A DNA stretch of 64,000 bases from NCBI GenBank assembly GCA_009914755.4, contig CP068257.2, positions 6,400,001-6,464,000 of the forward strand, written 5' to 3'. This document shows positions 1 through 15,000 of this stretch, one piece after another (position 1 is the first letter of the stretch; each line of letters starts with the position of its first letter). The stretch comes from the human T2T-CHM13v2.0 reference genome, Homo sapiens. Under the pieces are notes generated by a model. It did not search any database, was not told where the DNA came from, and was given only the letters and a program-made list of their open reading frames with translations. The translations under genes and the position numbers were made by a program.

Positions 1-3000
1 ATAGACTCGAATGGAATATAATGGAAAGGATTGGGCTCGAATGGAATGGAATGCAATGGACACAAATGGAACGGAATAGAGTGAAATGGAATGTACTGGA
101 ATGGAATGGACTTGAATGGAATAGAATGCAATGGAAAGGAATCAACTCCAATGAACTGGAATGGAATGGACTTGCATGGAGTGGAATGGACACAAGTGGA
201 ATGGAATGGAATGGATTCGAATGGAATGGAATGGACTCGAATGGAATGGAGTTTAATGGATTCGAATGGAATGAAATGGAATGGAATGGAATGGACTGAA
301 GTCGAATGGAATGTAATGGTATGTAATGGACTCGAATGGAATGTAACGGAGTGCAATCAAAGGGACTCGAAATAAATGGAATGCAGTGAAGTCGAATTTA
401 ATGCAATGGATTTTGATGGAATGGAATGGACTCAAATGTTACGGAATGGAATTGAATGGACTTGAAAGGAATTGAATGGAATGGAATGCACTCGAAAGGA
501 ATGGAACGGACTTGAATGGAAGGGAATGGAATGGACTCCAATGGAATGAAATGGTCTCGAAGGGAATGGAATGGAATGAAAACTACTCGAGTGGAATGGA
601 ATGGAATTGAATGGAATGGAATGGACTCTAATGGGATAGAATGGAATTGAATGGACACTAATGGAATGGAATGGAATGGAATGGAATGGAATGGAATGGA
701 ATGTACTGGAATGTACTGGAATGAAATGCTGTTGAATTGAATGGATCCGAAAGGAATGGAAAAGAATGGAATGGAATGGAATGGACCTGAATGGGATGGA
801 ATGGAATGGAAAGGACTCTAAAGGAATGGAATGGAATGGAATGGAGTGGAATGGACTCAAATTGAATGGAATGGAATGGAAAAGACTGGACCTCAATGGG
901 ATGGAATGGAATGGAAATGACACTAATGGAATAGAATGGAATGGACCCAGATGGAATGGAAAGGAATGGACTCGAAAAGAATGGACTTGAATGGAATGGA
1001 ATGGATTGGAATGGACTCGAATGGAATGGAATGGAATGGACTCGAATGGATTGGAAAGGAATGGCACCGAATGGAATGGAATGGAATGTAGTGGAATGCA
1101 ATGGAATAGACTGGAATGGAATGGAATGGTATGAAAGGGAATGGACTTGAATGGAATAGAATGGAATGGATTGGAATGGACTCGAAAGTAATGGAATGTA
1201 ATGGACTCGAATGGAATATAATGGACACAAATGCATCGGAATGGAATGGAATGGACTCGAATGGAATACAATGGAATTTAAGTGAATAGACTATATTGGA
1301 ATGGAATGGAATGGTCTCGAATGGAATAGAACGGGATAGACTCGAATGTAATAGAATGCAATGGAATGACCTCGAATGGAATGGAATGGAATATACTGGA
1401 ATGGAATTAAATGGACTCTAATGCAATGCAGTTGAATTGAATGGTCACGAAAGCAACGGAATAGAATGGAATGGAATGGAATCGAACGGAATGGAAAGAA
1501 ATGGACTCGAGTGGAATGCAATGGAATGGAATAGACTCGAATGGAATGGAGTGGAAAAGAATGGAATGGACTCGAACTGAATGGAATGGAACGGTAATAA
1601 ATGGAATGGAATGGAATGGAGTGTTCACAAATGGAACAGAAAGGAATGGAATAGAATGGAATTTACTCGAATGGGATAGAATAGAATGGAATAGACTCAA
1701 ATTGAATGGAATGGAGTGGAATGGACTCGTATGGAATGGAATTGAATGGACTCTAATGGAATTGAATGGAATGGAGTGGAATGGAATGGAATGGACTCGA
1801 ATGGGATGGAATGGAATTGAGCATAATGGAATTGTATGGAATGGACCCGAATGGAATGAAATGGAATGAAATGTACAAGAATTGAATGAAATGGAATGGA
1901 TTAGTCTCAAATGGAATTGAATGGAATGGAATGGATTCCAATGGAATGGAATGGAATGGAATTCACTCGAACAGAATGGAGTTGAAGGGACTCGAATGGA
2001 ATGGAATGGAATTGAATGGACTGGAATATAATGGAATGGAATGAAATGGAATGAACTCTAACAGAATGAAATATAATGGAATGAAATGGACTCGAATGGA
2101 ATTGAATGGACTCGAATGGAATGGAATGCAATGGCATGGAATGTAATGGAAAGGACTCGAGTGGAATGCAGATGAATTGAATGGACCCGAAATGAATGGA
2201 AAGGAATATAATGGAATTTAATGGATTGGAATGGAAATGAATAAAATGGACTTGAATGGAATGGAAAGGAACGGAACGGAGTCGAATGAAATGCAATGGA
2301 CCCGAATGAAGTGCAATGGAATGGAATCGACTCGAATGTAATGGAAAGGAATAGACTCGAATGAAATGGAATGCAGTTGAATGGATTGGAATGACATGCA
2401 ATGGAATGGAATAGACTCGAATGGAATAGGATGGAATGGGATGCAGTGGACTCGAATATAATAGAATGGAATGGAAACGAATGGAATGGAAAGGAATGGA
2501 ATGGAATGGATTGGAATAGAGTGGAATGGAATGGAATGGAATGGACTCAAATGGAATGAAATGGAACGGACTCAAATGGAATCGAATGGAATTTACTGGA
2601 TTGGAACCTAATGGAATGGGCTCTAATGGAATGCAAAGGAATGGAATCGAATGAAATGGAATGGATTCGAATGGAATGGATTCGAATGGAATGGAATGGA
2701 ATGGAATGGATCTGAAAGGAATTGAATGGAATGGAATGCACTCGAATCAAATGGAATGGAATGGAGTCAAATGGAATGGAATGGACTCGAATGCAATGGA
2801 ATGGAATGGACTGTAGTGGAATGGAAATAAATGGACTCAAATGCAATACAAAGCAGTTGAATGGATTCAAATGGAATGTAATGGAATGGATACGAATAGA
2901 ATGGAATGGAATGACATGGAATGGAAGGGAACAGAATGGACTTGTATGGTATAGAATGAAAAGGAATGGAATGTTGTCAAATGATATGGAATGGAATGCA

Positions 3001-6000
3001 CTCGAATGGAACGGAATGGACTCGAGTGGAATGGAATGGACTCGAATGTAATGAAATGGAATGGACTGAAATGCAATGGAATGGAATGTAATCGAATGGA
3101 GAGGAATGGACACGAATGGAGTGGAATTGAATGGAATGGAATGGTCACGAATGGAATAGAAGGGAATGAAATGGAACGGACTAGAAGGGAATGGAATGCA
3201 ATGGATTAGAATGGAATAGAATGGAATGAACTCTACAGGAATAGAATGGAATGGAATGGACTCGAATGGAATGCAATGAAATGGACATGAAAGGAAACGA
3301 ATGGTATTGAATGGAATGGAATGGAATTGAATGGAATGGAATGAAATGGACTCGAATAGAATGGAATGGAATGGACTCGAATGGAATGGCAAGGAATGGA
3401 CTCGAATGGAATGGAATGGACTTGAGTGGATTGGAATGGAATGGAAACGACTCGAGTGAAATGGAATGGAATGGAATGCACTAGAATGGAATGGAATGGA
3501 ACGGACTCGACTGGAATAGAAAGTAATGGACTCGAATAGAATGCAATGGAATGGTATATACTCAAATGCAATGGAGTGGAATGGACTCGAACAGAATGGA
3601 AAGGAATTTAATAGACTGAAATCGAATGGAATGTAAAGGTATGGAATGGACTCGTATGGAATGGAATGGAATGGAATCAAATGAACTTAAATGGAATGGA
3701 ATGCACACGAATGAAATGGAATGGAATGGAATGGATTTAATGGAATGCAAGGACATGGACTAGAAAGCAATGGAATGGTATTGAGTGGAATAGAATGGAA
3801 TGGAATGGAATGAAATGGACTCGAATGGAATGGAATGGAATGGAATAGAATGGACTCAAATGGAATGGCATGGAATGGAATGGAATGGAATCGAATGGAA
3901 TGGAATGGAATGGAAAAGACTCAAGAGAAATGGAATGGAATGCAATGGAATGCACTCGAATGGAATGGAAAGCAATTGACTCTAATGGAATAGAAAAAAT
4001 AATGGAATGGAATGGAATGGAATGGAATGGACTCGAATGCAATGGACTGGAATGGACTCGAATGCAATGGAAAGGAATTTGATGCATTCAAATCGAATGG
4101 AATGTAACGGTATGGAATGGCCCCGTATGGAATGTAATGGAATACAATGGAATCAAATGAACACGAATGGAATGGAATGTACAAGAAAGGAATGGAATGA
4201 AACCGAATGGAATGGAATGGACTCAAAATTAATGGAATGGAAGTCAATGGACTCGAAATGAATGGAATGGAATGGAATGAAATGGAATAGAATGGAATCA
4301 AATGGAATGGAATGTACTCGAATGGAATGGAATGGAAACGACTCGAGTGGAATGAAATGGAATGGAATGGAATCAAATGGAATGGACTTGAATGTACTCA
4401 AATGGAATGGAATGGAATGGAATGGCATCGTCTCGAATGGAATGGAATGGAATGCATTTGAATAGACTCACAGAAAATGGAATGGAGTTGACATGAATGG
4501 AATTGAAAGGAATAGACTGCAATGGAATTAAATGAAATGGAATGGACTCGAAAGAAATGGAATGGAATGGATTTGAATGGAATGGAATGGAATGGAATGC
4601 AATGGAATGGAATGGAATGGAATGATATCAAATTGAATGACATGGAATGGACTCAAATGGAATGAGTATGGATTGGATGGTCTCGAATAGAATGGAATGG
4701 AATGGACTCAAATGGAATGGAATGGAATAGAATGGACTCGAATATAGTGGAATGAAATTGCCTCGAATGGAATGGAATGGATTCGAATGGAATGGAATGG
4801 ACACGAATGGAGCAGAATGGAATGGACTTGAATGGAATGGAATGGAATGGACTCGAATGGAATGGAATTGAATGAACTCAAATGGAATTGAGTGGAATGG
4901 AATCAACTCGAATGTAATGGAATGGAATGCAATCAAATGGAATGTAATGGACTCTAGTTGAATGGAATGGAATGGTATGGTCTCAAATGGAATAGAATGG
5001 AATGGAACGGATTCAAAAGGAATAGAATGGAATGGTTTCGAATCTAATGGAGTGGAATGGAATGGACTCGAATGGAAAGGAGTGAAATGGAATGTAACGG
5101 AATGGAATTTATTGGACTCGAATGGAATGGAAAGGAACTGAATGGACTCAAAACGATTGGATTGGAATGGCATGGAATGGAATTGAATGGACTGAAAAAG
5201 AGTGGATTGGAATGGAATGGAATGGAATGGAATGGACTAAAGTGGAATAGAAATGAATCAACTCAAATAGAATGGAATGGAATAGAATGGACTCTAATGC
5301 AATAGAGTAGAATGGACTCGAATGGAATGGAAAGGAACTAAATGGAATGGAATCGAATGGAATGGAAAGGACTCGAATGGAATGGAATGGAAAGGAATGG
5401 ACCCGAATGGAATGGAATGCAATGGAATGGAATGGTATGCATTGGGATGGAATGGTACGGATTAAAATGGAGTTGAATTGAATAGAAAGGGATAGAATGG
5501 AATGAATTTAAAAGGAATGGAATGGAGTGAACTACTTTCGAATGGAAAGGCCACGAATTGAATGAAATGGAATGGAACAGACTCGAATGGAATAGATTGG
5601 AATTTAGTGGAATGTACTCTATTGGAATGAAATGGAATGCATTCGAACGGAATAGAATTGAATGGAATGGACTCAAATGGAATGCAATGGAATGGTCCCA
5701 AATGGAAAGTAAAGGAATGGAATAGACTTGAAAGGAATGTAATATAATTGAATGGAATGGAATTGACTCTAATGGAATGAAATTGAATGGATTCGAATGG
5801 AATGGTATGTATTGGCATCGAATGGCATGAAATGAACTGGGTGCAAATGTAATGTAATGTAATGTGAAGGAATGGAATGGAATATAATGTAATGGAATGC
5901 AATGAAATAGAATGGAATAGAATGGAAAGAAGAGGAATGGAGAGAAATGGAATGGAATGGAATGGAATAGATTTCAATGGAATAGAATGGAATGGAATTG

Positions 6001-9000
6001 ATTGGAATGGAATGGAATGGAATGGAATGGATTGGAAAGGAATGGAATGGACTTGAAAGGAAAGAAATCAAATGGATTGGCCTCGAATGGAATAGTATGG
6101 AATTTACTGTATTGGAATCCAATGGAATGGACTCTAATGGAATGGAATGGACTCCAGTGGAATGGAAGGGAAATATATGCACTCAAATGGAATGGAATGG
6201 AATGGAATGTATTGGTATGGTATGGAATGGATGGAATGGACTCGAATGGAAAAGAATGGAATAGTATGGAATGGAATGGAATGGAATGGACTAGACTGGA
6301 AAGGAATGGAATGGAATGGACTAGGCTCAAATGGAATTGAATGGAATGGAATGGAATGGAATAGAATGGACTGGAATGTAATGAGTTTGAAATGGACTGG
6401 AGAGGAATGTAATGTAATGTAATGGAATGGAATGGAATGGAATTTACTCTAATGGGATGGAATGGATTGGAATTTACTCGAATGGAATGGAATGGAACTG
6501 AATGGAATGGAATGGACTCGAATGATATGCAATGAAATGGACTCAAATGAACTGGAATGCACTCTAGTTGAATGGAATGGAATAGAGTGGACTCCAGTGG
6601 AAAGGAGTGGAATGGATTCGAATGGAATGCAATGGAATTGAATGGATTTGAATAGATCGGAATATAATGGTACAGAATGGACACGAATGGAATGGAATGG
6701 AATGGAATGAAATGGACTCCAATGGAACGGAATGGAATGGAATCTAATGGAATGGTATGGATTGGAATAGAATGGAATGTTATCATATTTTATGGAACAG
6801 AAATGAATGGACTCGAAAGGAATGAAATGGAATGGAATGGACTCTAATGGAATATAATGGAATGAACTCCAAAGGAATGGAATGGACTCGAAAAGAATGG
6901 AATGGAATGGAAGGGACTCGACTGGAATGGAATCGAATACAAAGGCCTCAAATGGGATGGAATGGAATCAAAAGGACTCGAATGGAATGGAATGCAATGG
7001 AATCGAAAGGAATGGAATGGACCCGAATGGAATGGATAGGAATGCAATGGAATCAAATGTGTGGAATGTATAGGAATGGATTCGAATGGAATGGATAGGA
7101 ATGGACCAGAATGCAATGGAAATGAATATTGTCAAGTGGAAAGAAATGGAATGTCATGGACTCGAATGGAATGGAATAGATTCGAATAGAATGGAAAGAA
7201 ATGGACCAGAATGGGATGCAATGGAATGGAATGGAATGGTATGGTATGGAATGGAATGGATTTGAATGAATAGAATTGAAAGGACTGGAATGGACTCAAA
7301 TGGAATGGAATGGACATGAATGGAAAGGAATGGTATGGAAAGAACTCGAATGGAGTACAATGGAATTTAATGAAATGGACTCTAATGGAATGGAATGGAA
7401 TGTACTTGAATGGAATAGAATGGAAGATGCTCGAATGGAATGGAATGGAATGGAATTGACTCGAGTATAATGGAATGCATTCAAAAGGAATATAATGTAA
7501 TGGACCTGAATGGCATGGAGATAATGGAGTGGAATGGAATAGAATGGAATGGAGAGGAGTTGAATAGAGTGAAATGAAATGGACTCAAAAGGAATAGAAT
7601 GGTATTGAATGGAATGCAATGGAATGGAATGGAAAGGAAGGGAATGGAATGTAATTGAATGGAGTTGAATGGAAGGAATGGAATCAAAAGGAATGGAATG
7701 GAATGGCAACAAAGGGATTGGAATGGAATGGAATGGAGTGGAATGCAATAGAATTTAATGGAATGGACCCGCATGGAATGCAATGGAAAGGAATGGACTC
7801 GAATGGAATGGAATGGACTCGAATGGAATGCAATGGAATGGAATGGAATGGAAAAGAAAGGAATGGAATGGAATGGAATGGAATGAGGTTGGAATGAGTT
7901 TGGAATTGACTGGAATGGAATGGGCCCAAAAGGAATGGAATGGAATGGAATGGAACGGAATGGAATGGAATGGAAAAGAATGAAATGGAATAGAATCGAC
8001 TGGAATTTAATGAGTTTGGAATGGAATGCAATGGAATGGAATGGAATGCAATGGAATGGAATGGAATGGAATTTACTCAAATGGAATGGAATGGAATGGA
8101 ATTTACTTGAATGGAATGGAATGGAATGGACTGAAATGTAATTGCATGAAATGGAACGGAGTCGACTTGAACGGAATAGAATTAAGAAGACTCGAATGGA
8201 ATGAAATGGTATGAAATGGACTCAAATGGAATGGAATGGAATTGAATCAAGTGGAATGGAATGGAATTGAATGGACTCGAAAATATTGGGATGGAATACG
8301 CTGGAATGGACTCGAATGAAATGGAATGGAACGGGATGGAATGCACTTGAATGCAATGGAATGCAACGGAATGGACTCAAATAGAATGGAATGAAATTGA
8401 CTCGAATGGAATTGAATGGAATGTAATGGAATCGTGTTGTATGGAATGGAATGGATTTGAGTGGAATAGAATGAACGGAATGGAATGGACTGGAAAGGAG
8501 TGGAATGGAATGGACTCGAAAGGAATGGAATGGACTCGAACGGAATGGAAAGGAATGTACCCGAATGGAATGGAAAGGAATGGAATGGAATGGTATGGTA
8601 TGGAATGGAATGGATTTGAATGCAATAGAATGAAGGGAATTTAATGGACTTGAAAGGATTCGAATTTAATAAGTGGAATGGACTCCAATGGAATGGAATG
8701 GAATGGACTTTAATGCAATGGAGTGAAATGGAATGGACTCAAATGGAATGGAATGGAATTGACGCTAATGGAAATGAATGGAATAATACCGAATGGAAAG
8801 GAATGGAATGGAATGGAATGGAATGGAATAGAATAGACTGGAATACAATGTGTTTGGAATGGACTCGACTGGAATGGAATGGAATTGAATTGAATGGACT
8901 CAAACGGAATAGCATAGAATGGAATGGACTCAAACGCAATGGAATGGAATGCATTTGAATGGATTGGAATGGACTCGAATGGAATGGATTTGAATGGACT

Positions 9001-9039
9001 CGTATGCAATGGAATGGCATTGAATGGACTCGAAAGGAA

Positions 9040-12000
9040 TGGAATGTAACGGGATGGAATGAACCCGAATGGAAAGGAACGTAATGGAATCAAATGTATT
9101 GGAATGGAAAGGAATGGAATGAATGGAATGGCAAGGAATTTACTCGAATGGGATGGAATGGAAAGGAATTTACTCGAATGGAATGCAATGGAGTGGACTG
9201 AAATGGAAAAGCATGGAATGGAATGGACTCGATGCAACGGAATGGAATGGACTCGAATGGAACGGAATGGACTTGAATGGAGTGGAGTCAAATGGACTCG
9301 AATGGAAAGCAGTGGAATGGAACCATATGGAATGTACCCCAAAGCAGTGGAACGGAACGGAAAGGAATGGAATGGAATGTACTTGAATTGTATGGAACGG
9401 AATTGAATCGACTTGAAAGGAATGGAATGGAATGGAATGGAATGGCCTCGAAAGGAATACAATGGAATGGACCACAATGAAATGGAATGCAAAGGAATGG
9501 ACTCAAATGGAATGGAATGGAATTGATTCGAATGGAATTGAATGGAATAGAACCGAATGGAATGGAATGGAATGGAATGGAATGGACTCGAATGGAATGG
9601 AATGGAATGGACTCGAATGGAATGGAATGGAATGGGCTCAAATGGAATAGAATGCAATGGAATGGAAAATAATGTAATGGCATATAATAGACTGGAATGT
9701 AATGAGCTTGGAATGGACTGGACTGGAATGGAATGGAATGGAATGGACTCAAATGGAATAGCATGGAACGGAATGGACTCAAATGCAATGGAATGGAATG
9801 CACTCGAATGGAATGGAATGGACTCGAATGGAATGGATTTCAATGGACTCGTATGGAATTGAATGGCATTGAACGGACTCGAATGGAATGGAATGTAACG
9901 TAATGGAATGAACCAGAATGGAATGGAACGTAATGGAATCATATGTGCTGAAATGGAAAGGAATGGAATGAATGGAATGGAATGGAATTTACTCGAATGT
10001 GATGGAATGGAATGGAATTTAATCAAATGGAATTGAATGAAATGGAATGAAATGGAATAGCATGGAATGGAATGGACACGAATGCCAAGGAATGGAATGG
10101 ACTCGAATGGAACGGAATGGACTCATATGGAGTGGAGTCAAATGGACTCGAATGGAATGCAATGGAATGCAACCAAATGGAATGTACTCGAATGGAATGG
10201 AACGGAACAGAACGGAATGGAACGGACTTCAATGGGAAGGAAAGGAATGGACTAACTAGAATGGAATGGAATGTAATGAACTACAATGGAATGGAATGGA
10301 CTCTAATGGAATGGAATTGAAAGGACTCGACTGGAATGTAACGGATTCGAATGGCCTCGAATGGTGTGGAATGGAATGGAATGGACTCGAATGCAATGGA
10401 ATCTAATGGAACCGAAAGGAATGGAATGGAATGGAAAGGAATGGACCCGAATGCAATGGAATGCAATGGAATCAAATGGTATGGAATGTATTGTAATGGA
10501 CTCGAATGAAATGGATAGGAATGGACTCGATTGGAATGGATTGGAAATGTCTCGAGTGGAATGGAATGGAATGTCATGGACTCGAAAGGAATGGAATGGA
10601 CTCGAATGGAATGCAAAGTATTGGACCCAAATGGAATGGAATGGAATGGAATGGTATGGCATGGAATTCAATGGATTTGAAAGGAAAAGAATGAATGGAA
10701 TGGAATGGACATGAAAGGATTGGAATGGAATGGACTCAAATGGAATGCAATGTACATGAATGGAACAGAATGGAGTGGAATACACTCGAATGGAATACAA
10801 TGGAATTTAATTGAATGAACTCTAATGGAAAGGAATGTAATGGAATAGAAGGCAATGGAATGCAATGGAATGGAATCAAATGAAATGGAATTGAATGGAC
10901 TTGAATGTAATAGAATGGAAGAGACTCGAATGGAATGGAATGCAATGGAATGGACATAAATGGAATTGAAAGGATTTGACTCAAATGGAATGGTTTGGAA
11001 TTGATTGGAATTGAAAACATAGGGAAGGAATACAGTGGAATGAACTCGAATGGAATGGAATGGAATGGACTGGACTGGAATGGAATGGAATGGAATGAAT
11101 TGGAATGGAATGGAATGGAATGGAATGGACTCGAATGGAATGGAATGCAATGGACTGGGATCAAATGGAATGGAATGGAATGGAATGGGAAAGAATGGAA
11201 TGGAATAAAATGGACTGGAATGTAATAAGTTTGGAATGGACTGAAATGGAATGGAATGGCATGGAATGGAATGGAATGGACTCAAATTGAATAGCATGGA
11301 AAGGAAAGGACTCAAATGCAATGGAATGGAATGGACTTGAATGGAATGTAATGGACTCGAATTTAATGGATTTGAATGGGCACGTATGGAATGGAATGGC
11401 ATTTAATGGACTCGAATGGAATGGAAAGTAACGGAATGGAATGAATCCGAATGGAATGGAATGGAATGGGGTGAAATGTGCTGGGATGGAATGGAATGGA
11501 ATGGAATGGAATGGAATTTACTCGAATGGGATGCAATGGAATGGAATTTACTCAAATGGAATGGAATGGTATGGACTAAAATGCAATAGCATGGAATGGA
11601 ATGGACTCGAATGCATCAGAATGGAATGGACTCGAATGGAACGGAATGGACTCGAATGGAGTGGAGTCGAATGGACCTGAATGGAATGCAATGGAATGTA
11701 ACCGAATGGAATGTACTCAAATGCAATGGAACGGAATGGAATGGAAAGGAAAGGATCGGAACGAAACGGAATGGAAGGGAATGGATTTGAATGGAATGGA
11801 ATGGAATGGAATTGAATGGACTCAAAAGGAGTGGAATAGAATGGAAAGTACTCGAATGGAATGGAATGGAATGAACTCCAATGGAATGAAATGGACTCGA
11901 ATAGAATGGAATGGAATGGAAACGACTCGACTGGAATGGAATGGAATAGAATGGCCTCGAATTGGATTCAATGGAATGGAATGGACTCGAATGGAATAGA

Positions 12001-15000
12001 ATGGAATGGAATGCAATGGAATCGAATGAGATGGAATGTATTGGAATGGACTCGAATGGAATGGATTGCAACGGACCCAAATGGAATGGAGTGGAATGGT
12101 CTCCAATGGAATGGAACGGAATGTATTGGAATTGAATGCAATGGAATCGAATGGGATGGAATGTATTGGAATGGACTCGAATGGAATGGATAGGAATTCA
12201 CCCGAATGGAATGGAATGGAATGGTCTCGAGTGGAATGGAATGGAATGGTATGGAATGGACTCGAATGGAATGGAATGGACTCGAATGGAATGCAAAGGA
12301 ATGGACCCGAATGGAATAGAATGGAATGGTATGGTATGGAATTTAAAGGACTTAAATGGAATATAATGAATGGAATGGAAGGGACACGAAAGGATTGGGA
12401 TGGAATGGACTCAAATGGAATGCAATGGACATGAATGGAACAGAATCGAGTGGAATGTTCTCGAATGGAATACAATGGAATTTAATGGAATGGACACTAA
12501 TGGAATGGAATGGAATGGACTTGAATGCAATGGAATGCAATGGAATGGTATCTAATGAAATGGAATGGAGTGGACTTGAATGGAATAGAATGGAAGAGAC
12601 TCGAATGGAATGGAATGCAATGGAATGGACTTAAATGGAATTGAATGGAATTGACTCAAACGGAATGGTTTGGGATTGAATGGAATTGAAAAGATAGGGA
12701 TGGAATACAGTGGAATGAACTCGAATGGAATGGAATGGAATGGAATGATATGGAAAGGAATGGAATGAAATGGAATGGAATGGATTGGATTGGAATGGAC
12801 TCGAATGGAATGGAATGGAATGGACTCGAATAGAATGGAATGGAATGGAATGGAATGGAATGGAATGCAATGAAGCGGAAAAGAATGGAAAGGAAGAGAA
12901 TGGACTGGAATGTAATAAGTTTGGAATGGACTGAAAAGGAATGGAATGGCATGGAATGGAATGGAATGCACTAAAATGGAATAGCATGGAATGGAAAGTA
13001 CTTAAATGCAATGGAATGAAATGGACTTGAATGGAATGGAATGGAATAGATTCGAATTTAATGGATTTGAATGGACACGTATGGAATGGAATGTCATTGA
13101 ATGGACTCGAATGGAATGGAATGTAACGGAATGGAATGAACCTGAATATAATGGAATGGAATCGAATGAAATGTGCTGGAATAGAATGGAATGAATGGAA
13201 GGGAATGGAATGGAATGGAATGGAATTTACTCGAATGGGATGGAAGGGAATGGAATTTACTCGAATGGAATGGACTGAAATGCAATAGTATGGAATGGAA
13301 TGGACTCGAATGCAATGGAACGGAATGGACTCGAATGGAACGGAATGGACTCGAATGGAAGGGAGTCGAATGGACTAGAATGGAATGCAATGGAATGGAA
13401 CCGAATGGAATGTACACGAATGGAATTGAACGGCATGGAATGGAAAGAAAAGGAATCGAACAGAACGGAACGGAGTGGAATGGACTTGAATGGAATGGAA
13501 TGGAATGAAATGTGAGGGAATGGAATGGAATGGAATGGAATGAAATGAAATACAATGGAATGGAATGGAATGGAATGGAATGGATTGGAATAGAATTAAC
13601 TCGAATGGGAAGGAATGGAATGGAATTCTCTCGAATGGAATGGAATGTAATGGACTGAAATGCAATAGCATGGAATGGAATGTACTCGAAAGCGATGGAA
13701 CAGAATGGACTCGAATGGAACGGAATGGACTCGAATGGAGTGGAGTCGAATGGACTCGAATGGAATTCAATGGAATGGAACCGAATGGAATGTACTCGAA
13801 TGGAATGGAACGGAATGGAATGGAAAGGAAAGGAACGGAATGGAACGGAACGGAATGGAATGGAATGGAATGGAATGGAATGGAATGGAATCTACTCGAA
13901 TTGTATGGAATGGAATTGAATGGACTGAAATGGAGTGGAATTGAATGGAAAGGACTCGAATGGAATGGAATGGAATGATCTCCAATGGAATGGAATGGAC
14001 TTGAATAGAATGAAATGGAATGGAAAGGACGACTAAAATGGAATGGAATAGAATGGCCTCGAATTGCATGGAATGAATGAAATGGACTCGAATGGAATAG
14101 AATGGAATGGAATGCAATGGAATCGAATGGGATGGAATGTATTGGAAGGGACTTGAATGGAATGGATTGGAATGGACCCAAATGGAAGGGAGTGGAATGG
14201 ACTCGAGTGGAATGGAACGGAATGTATTGGAATGGAATGCAATGGAATCGAATGGGATGGAATGTATTGCAGTGGACTCGAATGGACTGGATAAGAATGG
14301 ACCCGAATGGAATGGAACGGAATGGTGTCGAGTGGAATGGCGTCTAATGTAATGGACTAGAATGGAATGGAATGGACTCGAATGGAATGGAAAGGAATGG
14401 ACCCGAATGGAATGAAATGGAATGGAATGGTATGGTATGGAATGGAATGGACTTGAATGGAATAGAATGAATGGAATGGACTCGAAAGGATAGGAATGGA
14501 ATGGACACAAATGGAATGGAAGGGACATGAATGGAACGGAATGGAATGGAATGAACTCACATGGAATACAATGGAATTTAATGGAATGGGCTGTAACGGA
14601 ATGGAATTGAAGGGACTTGAATGGAATTGAATGGAGGAGACTCGAATGGAATGGAAGGCAATGGAATGGACTCAAATGGAATGGAATGGAATTGAATGGA
14701 CTCGAAAGGATTCGGAAGGAGTACAGTGGAATGGACTCAAATGGAATGGAATGGACTCGAATGCAATGGAATGCAATAGAGTGGACTAAAATGGAACGGA
14801 GTGGATTTGAATCAAAAGGAATTGAATGGAATGGACCCGAATTGAATGGAAAGTAATAGAATGGAAAGGAATGGAATGGAATGGAATGGAATGGAATAGA
14901 GTGGACTCGAATGGAATGGACTCGAATGGAATGGAATTGAATGGAATGGACTCGAATGTAATGTAATGGAATGGAATGTGCTCAAATGGAATGGAATGGA